Source: an uncultured Solirubrobacterales bacterium
GTDB lineage: Bacteria; Actinomycetota; Thermoleophilia; Solirubrobacterales; Solirubrobacteraceae
Assembly: GCA_963834675.1 (NCBI GenBank)
Contig: CAWICS010000009.1
Coordinates: 224,102-288,101 of the forward strand
DNA length: 64,000 bases
Reading direction: 5' to 3'
The position numbers and the translations under genes are program-made. Below, piece by piece: positions 57,816 to 64,000 of the stretch. The notes under the pieces were generated by a model that did not search any database, was not told where the DNA came from, and saw only the letters and a program-made list of their open reading frames with translations. Positions within the stretch are counted from its first letter, which is position 1. Every line of letters starts with the position of its first letter.

Positions 57816-58865
57816 CTACGTCGAAATCCCGTACACCGCCGCGGCGTTGCCGGCCATGACGGCGCGGCTCGCGTGTTCGTCCAGCTGATCGAGCAAGGCC
57901 GGCAGGCCGTCACCGTGCTCGTGGGGGTAGTCGCTGGCGTAGGCGAGGAGCGCGCCGGCATCCATCATCTCGAGCAGCTGTCCCAGCGCGTCCGCATCGT
58001 GGGGCAGGTGCGCCGGCGCTGTGGTGAATCGGAAATGCTCGCCGACGTGCTCGGACGGCAGCTGCTTGATCCACGGCACCTCGCGCCAGACCCCGCGCCA
58101 GTCCTTATCGAAGCGCCACAGCAGTGGAGGCAGCCAGGCGAACCCGCACTCCATCACGACGACCTTGAGGTCCGGAAAGCGGTTGAACACCCCCTCGCTG
58201 ACGAAGCTCAGCACCTGCGCCTGGGCGATCGGCTGGTTCGCGATGTAGTCCTCCAGGTAGGTGGTGGTGAAGCCGCTCGGGGTGGGCGCCCTGCCGGCGC
58301 GCCCCCACGCGTGCAGCCCCACGTGCAGTGAGTGCTTGCGGGCCGCTTCGAAGATGCCGTGGTTTCGCTTGTTGCCCCACGGCACGTCGCTGCGCACCGG
58401 CAGCAGCACCTGCACGAATCCAGGCTCACCGCCCACCCGCTCTATCTCGGCCACCGCGTCGTCGCCCGACAGGGTGGAGACCACCAGGCTCGCTCGCAGG
58501 CGGTCATCACGCGCCAGGAACTCCTCGCGCAACCAGTCGTTGACGGCGGCGGCGATGGCGGCCGCGTAATACGGATTGCGGTGGGTCTCAAACCCCGTCA
58601 GGCAGTTGAGCACGACCGCGCGTGGATCCGTCCGGTCGAGCACGTTCTCCTTGAGCTGGTCGTAGGTCGCCGGGACGGGCGGGCCGGCGAGCTCGCGGGC
58701 GGTGGGCGAGGCGGTTGTCGGTGCGCCCGGGGGATAGGCGAACGCCACGCCGTTGAGCCGGACTCCCGCCTCGGTGATGTACTGGCGCCAGTAGTCGCTC
58801 AGATACGGGAAGAGCGCATCGAACGTCTCGGGTGCGACGTGAACGTCGCAATCGATCGCCTGCAT
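57816..58865 (-). CDS. Amidohydrolase_2-fold protein (second of pair; possible AibH1-like subunit)
   Basis: IDCDVH, GLHAWG, YLEDY, VVMECG, FTTAP and YASDYPH; GAGG RBS before ATG 58865. Confidence 0.85.
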   Translation of the reverse strand: MQAIDCDVHVAPETFDALFPYLSDYWRQYITEAGVRLNGVAFAYPPGAPTTASPTARELAGPPVPATYDQLKENVLDRTDPRAVVLNCLTGFETHRNPYYAAAIAAAVNDWLREEFLARDDRLRASLVVSTLSGDDAVAEIERVGGEPGFVQVLLPVRSDVPWGNKRNHGIFEAARKHSLHVGLHAWGRAGRAPTPSGFTTTYLEDYIANQPIAQAQVLSFVSEGVFNRFPDLKVVVMECGFAWLPPLLWRFDKDWRGVWREVPWIKQLPSEHVGEHFRFTTAPAHLPHDADALGQLLEMMDAGALLAYASDYPHEHGDGLPALLDQLDEHASRAVMAGNAAAVYGIST

Positions 58866-58872
58866 GGCTACC

Positions 58873-59985
58873 TCACCCCCGATCGGGGCGCTCACGCGGC
58901 AGGCCGTACAGCGTCAGTGCGTTGTCGCATTGGATCGCCGCCCTCATCTCCTTGGGCATGGCGCGCGGCAACGCCTGCGTCGGCGAGTCGAAGTCCCAGT
59001 GCGGGTAGTCCGTGGCGAACAAGAGCCGGTCCGCCAGTTGCGCCTGCTCGATCGTGTGCAGCAGGTGGCGTGGCTCGGCCGGCTCTTCGATCGGCTGCGT
59101 GGTGAACCACGCGTGGTCCCGGACATACTCCGACGGCCGCCGCTTCACGCGCGGCAGGTCCTCGCGCATGAGCTCCCAGCCGGCGTCCAGCGACCAGCAC
59201 AGCGCCGCGGCCCAGGCCAGGCCGCACTCGGTGAGCACGACCCGCAGATTTGGCATGGCGTCGAACATCCCGCCGCACACCATGCTGGTCAGCTGGGCCT
59301 GCATGTTGATCCCGTTGGCGACGTGATACTCCAGGTAGAACGACGGGTAGCCGGCGCCGCGGTGATCCATGTAGCCGCCGGTGTGGAAGACCACAGGCCG
59401 CCCGTGCGCCGTGGCCGCCTCGTAGATCGGCCAATACTTGCGGCCGCCCAGCGGCTCCATCGCGCTCGCGGGCATCATTACCGCCAAGAAGCGCGGGTCG
59501 GACGCCCGGCGCTCGATCTCGGCGACGCACAGGTCCGGGTACTCGTGAGGCACGCAGATGGCCGAGCGGAACCGGTCATCGAACTCCAGCCACTTGTCGA
59601 GCTGCCAGTCGTTGATCGCCTGGTTCCACGCGGCGGCCAGGTCGGCGTCGTCGTAGCAGTCGGCGCCGCTGAGCACCTCCAGCAGCGCGTAGTCGACGCC
59701 GAACTCGTCGAGCAGCTGGGCGCGCGTCGTCTCGGGGTCGCTGCCCCAGATGTGGCCTGGCTTGTTGGGCCACGCGTCGACGCGCATGCCGGCGTTGCGC
59801 GCGCGGGGGTACCAGTCGGTGATCCGGGGCGATCGGTGGCCGTAGCGCTCCAGCCGGCGCCGCGCGCCGGCGCTCATGTACTCCGTGAGCATCGGCTCCG
59901 TCGCCTGAGCGTGGACATCGCAATCGACCAGCTTCACGGCGCGCGCCGTTACCGCTTGACCGGGCTGCGTCTCGATACCAGACAC
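58873..59985 (-). CDS. Amidohydrolase_2-fold protein (first of pair; possible AibH2-like dinuclear oxygenase)
   Basis: VDCDVH, FHTGG, YLEYH, LTECG, FTTQPIEEP and FATDYPHWDFD. Confidence 0.85.
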   Translation of the reverse strand: MSGIETQPGQAVTARAVKLVDCDVHAQATEPMLTEYMSAGARRRLERYGHRSPRITDWYPRARNAGMRVDAWPNKPGHIWGSDPETTRAQLLDEFGVDYALLEVLSGADCYDDADLAAAWNQAINDWQLDKWLEFDDRFRSAICVPHEYPDLCVAEIERRASDPRFLAVMMPASAMEPLGGRKYWPIYEAATAHGRPVVFHTGGYMDHRGAGYPSFYLEYHVANGINMQAQLTSMVCGGMFDAMPNLRVVLTECGLAWAAALCWSLDAGWELMREDLPRVKRRPSEYVRDHAWFTTQPIEEPAEPRHLLHTIEQAQLADRLLFATDYPHWDFDSPTQALPRAMPKEMRAAIQCDNALTLYGLPRERPDRG

Positions 59986-59988
59986 TGT

Positions 59989-60102
59989 CTACACCTCCAG
60001 TACGACGTAGTCGTCTTCGACCTTAGCCCCGAACGTCTCGGCTGTACAGGGGCTGCCCAAGAGCTTCACCCTCCGGTCCTCCACTCCGCAACCCGCGGTC
60101 AC
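59989..60102 (-). pseudogene. 37-codon ORF resembling the C-terminal tail of Rieske ferredoxins found in amidohydrolase clusters
   Basis: Reads VTAGCGVEDRRVKLLGSPCTAETFGAKVEDDYVVLEV*; fills the gap between the ADH stop and the amidohydrolase start; no CxH/CxxH ligands. Family match is from memory. Confidence 0.5.
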
Positions 60103-60106
60103 CCGG

Positions 60107-61225
60107 TCAGCCCTCGTGCATGATCACGCCGCGGATGTTCTTGCCGCTCAGCAAATCCTCGTAACCGCGATTCACCTCGTCGAGCGAATAGCGGTGTGTG
60201 ATCAGCTCGTCCAGCTTCAGCTGGCCCTCCCGCCACAGCCGCAACAGGCGAGGGACGTCGTAGAGCGGGTTGCACATCCCGAACACATGCCCCTGGATCC
60301 GCCGCTGCCAGCCGACCACCGAGCCGTTGGCAGCGAGCGCTATCTGCGTATCCCCGCTGCGGCCGACCGACGTGATCGTCACCTGGCCGTCCTTGCCCAC
60401 CATTTCCGTGGCGGCGCTCACCACCTCCGCGGTGAGCACGCCGATGGTCACGATGGCGTGGTCCGCCATCTGGCCCCAGGTGATGTCGTTGACTACCTGC
60501 CGCGCGCTGTCGGCGTCCTCGAACGCATGGGTGGCGCCGAACTCCATCGCCTTCTCGCGCTTGAACGCCACCGGGTCCACGACCACGACATTGGCCGCGC
60601 CGGCATAGCGGGCGCCCTGAATGGCGTTGATGCCCACGCCGCCGGCGCCGAAGATGACCACGGTGTCACCGGCCGCCACGCCCGCGGCATACACCGACGT
60701 GCCCCAGCCGGTGGGAACGCCGCAGCCGACCAGCGCCGCCACATCCAGCGGAATGTCATCCAGAATCTTGATGCACGAGAACTGGGAGATCACCGCTCTC
60801 TCCGAGAAGGTGCCAAGCGCGCAAAAGCCGCCGACATCGGCGCCGTCGTCGTCGTGGAAGGTGAAGCGGCCGCTCGCCAGCAGCCCGGTCAGCATCTCGC
60901 CCCCCAGGTCGCACAGGTTCTGCCTTCCGGTGGAGCAATACCGGCAGGCGCCGCACGCCGGGATGAAGGAGCAGACGACGTGGTCGCCGGGCTTGACGCG
61001 CGTGACGTCTTCGCCGATGGCCTCCACCATACCGGCGCCCTCGTGCCCGCCCACCATCGGCAGGCGAGCCTCGGTGTGCCCCGCCCGGACGTGCTCGTCG
61101 GAGTGACAGAGGCCCGAGGCGAAGAACTTGATCAGCACCTCCCCGGGACCCGGATCGTCCAGCTCGAGGGCCGTCACCTCCCACGGCTGACCTGCCTGGC
61201 GGATCATCGCAGCCTTGGTTCTCAT
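60107..61225 (-). CDS. Zn-dependent alcohol dehydrogenase, NDMA-dependent nicotinoprotein type (Rxyl_3153-like)
   Basis: GLCHSDEH, GGHEGAG, CGACRYCSTGRQNLC, GCGVPTGWG, GAGGVG and KLDELIT. Confidence 0.88.
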   Translation of the reverse strand: MRTKAAMIRQAGQPWEVTALELDDPGPGEVLIKFFASGLCHSDEHVRAGHTEARLPMVGGHEGAGMVEAIGEDVTRVKPGDHVVCSFIPACGACRYCSTGRQNLCDLGGEMLTGLLASGRFTFHDDDGADVGGFCALGTFSERAVISQFSCIKILDDIPLDVAALVGCGVPTGWGTSVYAAGVAAGDTVVIFGAGGVGINAIQGARYAGAANVVVVDPVAFKREKAMEFGATHAFEDADSARQVVNDITWGQMADHAIVTIGVLTAEVVSAATEMVGKDGQVTITSVGRSGDTQIALAANGSVVGWQRRIQGHVFGMCNPLYDVPRLLRLWREGQLKLDELITHRYSLDEVNRGYEDLLSGKNIRGVIMHEG

Positions 61226-61411
61226 TCCGGTGCGATCCTCCCACGTGCACCGTGAGCGTGCGCCGCGCCTGGGCGTACTTGTCGCTGAGTGCCCGGATCG
61301 CCGCCTTTTTGTGCGATCAGCGACCTGTTGGTCGGCGCCTATGTCAACGGGCCGTACCATGGCGCCATGGAGAGGAGCTGGACGCCGCGCGCGGGCGCGG
61401 GCGGGGAGCCA

Positions 61412-62083
61412 GTGGGGAACGGCACGAGCGCGCTCGCGATCTCCAACCTCGCGGTCAACTATGGCCGCGTCGCTGCCGTCCACGACGTGAGCTTCGAGGT
61501 CGCCGAGGGCGACTGCGTCGCGCTCATCGGTCCCAATGGCAACGGTAAGAGCTCCATCGTGATGGGGATCGCCGGCCTCGTGCACCGCCGCGGCCGGGTC
61601 GAGATCTTCGGCCGTGCAGCGCCCGCCGACGACGTCTCGTTCATGCCCCGCCACGGATTCACGCTCGTCCCCGAGCGCCGCCAGCTCTACCCGCAGCTGT
61701 CGGTCGCCGACAACATCGTGCTCGGCTGCTACAGCCGCATCCGCAGCCTCCGCCGCGCACGGGCATCCAAGGCCCACCGGCAGGCGCTCGAGCTGTTCCC
61801 CGAGCTCTCCGGGCGAATGGCGCAGAAGGCGGGCACCCTGTCGGGCGGCGAGCAGCAGATGGTCGCGATCGCCCGGGGTCTCGCCGCCGACCCGCGGATC
61901 CTCGCCGTCGACGAGCCATGCCTCGGACTCGCAGAGACCGTGAGCCGGCGCGTCTACGAGGCGCTTCGGCGGATCCACGAGGCGGGACGCACGCTGCTGA
62001 TCGTCGAGGAGTCCCCGACGCGGGCGCTGCAGCTCGCCACCCGCCAGATCGAGGTCCGCAACGGCGTGGTGGTGCACGCGTGA
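61412..62083 (+). CDS. Liv-type ABC ATP-binding protein (LivF-like)
   Basis: GPNGNGKSS, VPERRQLYP, LSGGEQQM and VDEP; GGGGAG RBS before GTG 61412 (alternative start ATG 61367). Confidence 0.88.
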   Translation: MGNGTSALAISNLAVNYGRVAAVHDVSFEVAEGDCVALIGPNGNGKSSIVMGIAGLVHRRGRVEIFGRAAPADDVSFMPRHGFTLVPERRQLYPQLSVADNIVLGCYSRIRSLRRARASKAHRQALELFPELSGRMAQKAGTLSGGEQQMVAIARGLAADPRILAVDEPCLGLAETVSRRVYEALRRIHEAGRTLLIVEESPTRALQLATRQIEVRNGVVVHA

Positions 62084-62964
62084 AGCTCGGCAATCTGCTC
62101 ATCTCCGGAATCGTCACCGGCTCGATCTACGCCGCGTTCGCCGCCTGCGTCGCGCTGTGGTACCGGGTGAGCAACATCCTCAACCTCGCGGTCGGCGACT
62201 TCGCGATGATCGGCGCGCTCGGCGTCGACAGCCTCGTTCGCGTCCACCACTGGAAGCTCGCACCGGCGATCGCCGCGGTGCTCGCCGTCGTTGCGGTCGG
62301 CGGCTACCTGTACGACCGGACCGTGCTCCGACTGGCGCAGGACGGGCGAACCCGTCAAGAGGGGATCGTCGTCACCTTCTTCTTCACGTTCGCGCTCTCG
62401 TTCTTCATCGAGGGGATCGCCGAGCTGCTCTACGGGACGGACGTGCACGCAGCGCCCGCAATCTGGAGTGGCCAGTCGCTCGGCCTCGGCGGCGGACTGC
62501 ACATCGACCGCGCCGGGGTGCTGGTCGTGATCTTCGCGGCGGTCTTCGGGATCGCGAGCGCGCTCGTCCTGCGCGGCACGCTTAGGGGCAAGGCGATCGA
62601 GGCGTGTGGCGAGAACTTTTTTGGCGCCCGGATTGTCGGCATCGACAACCGAAAATACCGCCGGCTGCTGTTCATAGTCTCCGCAGTGCTCGCCTGTGTG
62701 TTCGGCATCCTCGAGTCGCCGATCACCGGCTACACGTACAACTCGGGCGCGGCGCTCAGCATCACTGGATTCATCGCTGCCGCCTACGCCGGATTCCAGA
62801 AGCCGGGCAAGGCGGTCATCGCCGGCCTCGGCATCGGCATCGTGGAGGCGCTACTCGCCGGCTACGTATCCGCCAACTACGCCGACACGATCCTGTACGC
62901 GCTGCTCGCCGCGGCAGTCCTCATCCGGCCGAGCGCGATGGGCCTCGACGTCGTCCTCGAGTAG
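62080..62964 (+). CDS. Liv-type ABC permease (LivH-like)
   Basis: SGIVTGSIYA, ILNLAVGDFAMIG and GARIVGID. Confidence 0.85.
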   Translation: MKLGNLLISGIVTGSIYAAFAACVALWYRVSNILNLAVGDFAMIGALGVDSLVRVHHWKLAPAIAAVLAVVAVGGYLYDRTVLRLAQDGRTRQEGIVVTFFFTFALSFFIEGIAELLYGTDVHAAPAIWSGQSLGLGGGLHIDRAGVLVVIFAAVFGIASALVLRGTLRGKAIEACGENFFGARIVGIDNRKYRRLLFIVSAVLACVFGILESPITGYTYNSGAALSITGFIAAAYAGFQKPGKAVIAGLGIGIVEALLAGYVSANYADTILYALLAAAVLIRPSAMGLDVVLE

Positions 62965-62968
62965 CCCC

Positions 62969-64000
62969 ATGACCACGACCCCAATCACCACCACGACGAC
63001 TGGTCGCCGCCTGAGCGGCGCCCACCGCGGTCCGCTGCTGTCGACCGCGTTCGTGCTGATCGCCGGCCTCATCGTCGCCGGCGGCTCAGCCGACTCGTAC
63101 TTCGGCAGCGTCGTCATCCTTGCGCTCAGCTACGCGATCGTCACCGCCGGCATGGCCGTGCAGATCGGCTTCAGCCAGCAGGTCGTCTTCAGCCAGTCGG
63201 TGTTCATGGGTCTCGGCGCCTACGGCGTCGCGGTGCTCAACGCAAACGTCGGCTGGCCCAGCCTGCTCGCGCTCGTCGCCATCACGATCGCCAGCGGCGG
63301 CGTTGCCTGGATGATCGGCAAGGCCGTCTCCCGCGCCTCCGGGCTTGCCCTCGCGGTGGCGACGCTCATGTTCCCGTTTATCGCAGTCGGCTACCTCTCC
63401 TACGCGACGTGGCTCGGCGGCACGACCGGCCTTCCGCTCACCGGCACGCTGTGGCCGGGCGGGTCCGCGACCGCCAACGGAATCCTCACCGTCGTCATCG
63501 TCGCGGCCGTCGTGTTCGCCACGACGCGTCTGATCGCCTCCGACATCGGCCTCGAGATGTACGCGCTCGGCGTCAGCGAGAACACCGCACAGGCGATGGG
63601 GGTGCGCACCTCGCGCCGCCGCCTTGAACTGTTCATTCTCGGCTCGGTACTGGCCACGCTCGGCGGGGCCGTGTACGCCGGGACCCAGCTGTTCGTGCCG
63701 CCCACTCTCGTGCAGGCGACCGCCGAACTGTCGCTGCTCATCATGCTGTTCGTCGGGGGCCGACGCAGCGTCCTGGGAGCCGTGCTCGGCGCGGTCGGGA
63801 TCCAGTACGTCACGGGGATCTCGAACTGGATCAGTATCCACATCCTGCTCATCGAGGGCGCGCTCATCACGATCGTGCTGCTCATCGAGCCGGACGGCAC
63901 CGCCGCCATCGTGAGCCGCCTGTGGCGCCGTGCCGCGCCGCGGCTGCCGTTCGCCGGGCTGGCCATAACCGACGGAGCGCTCGCGCCGCCTCCGGTACTC
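62969..64000 (+). CDS. Liv-type ABC permease (LivM-like), runs off window
   Basis: My translation from ATG 62969 (not in the ORF track): LSYAIVTAGMAVQIGFSQQVVFSQSVFMGLGAY..GLALAVATL..GGTTG..SDIGLE. Confidence 0.82.
   Translation, partial: MTTTPITTTTTGRRLSGAHRGPLLSTAFVLIAGLIVAGGSADSYFGSVVILALSYAIVTAGMAVQIGFSQQVVFSQSVFMGLGAYGVAVLNANVGWPSLLALVAITIASGGVAWMIGKAVSRASGLALAVATLMFPFIAVGYLSYATWLGGTTGLPLTGTLWPGGSATANGILTVVIVAAVVFATTRLIASDIGLEMYALGVSENTAQAMGVRTSRRRLELFILGSVLATLGGAVYAGTQLFVPPTLVQATAELSLLIMLFVGGRRSVLGAVLGAVGIQYVTGISNWISIHILLIEGALITIVLLIEPDGTAAIVSRLWRRAAPRLPFAGLAITDGALAPPPVL

Noticed and set aside
60107-61225. Mycofactocin biosynthesis locus
   Set aside because: Only the ADH type is suggestive; no mftA-F genes are in the window.

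Overview
High-GC actinobacterial chromosomal window. Gene style (Ser-rich lipoprotein tethers, many leaderless starts) suggests Thermoleophilia/Solirubrobacterales; this is an inference. No rRNA, tRNA, CRISPR array, integrase or transposase was recognised. 1-20.6 kb is mostly housekeeping: a cysteine desulfurase-like gene, a PDZ-VWA-MoxR-DUF58-VWA operon, a LivKHMGF ABC transporter, a ubiA-dprE1-dprE2-like polyprenyl-phospho-arabinose operon and a DUF485/ActP-like symporter pair. About 20.6-47.5 kb is a patchwork of small unrelated accessory genes with several gene remnants: LanC-like protein, ABM-epoxide hydrolase fusion, two ECF sigma modules, DUF1990 pair, Cys/Thr proline-racemase-family enzyme, PsiD-like decarboxylase and an Rpf-like protein. 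48-55 kb is an IclR-controlled betaine-type ABC importer plus nitrilase, divergent from a BHMT-like methyltransferase. 57.8-64 kb is the strongest candidate for an undescribed system: a tandem amidohydrolase-fold pair resembling AibH1H2-type dinuclear oxygenases, a 37-codon Rieske-tail-like ORF, a nicotinoprotein-type alcohol dehydrogenase and a divergent Liv-type importer. At least four genes carry single-base frameshifts in short G/C runs, probably sequencing errors; one creates a false ATPase-permease fusion in the ORF track. All product calls come from motif recognition by eye, not database searches.
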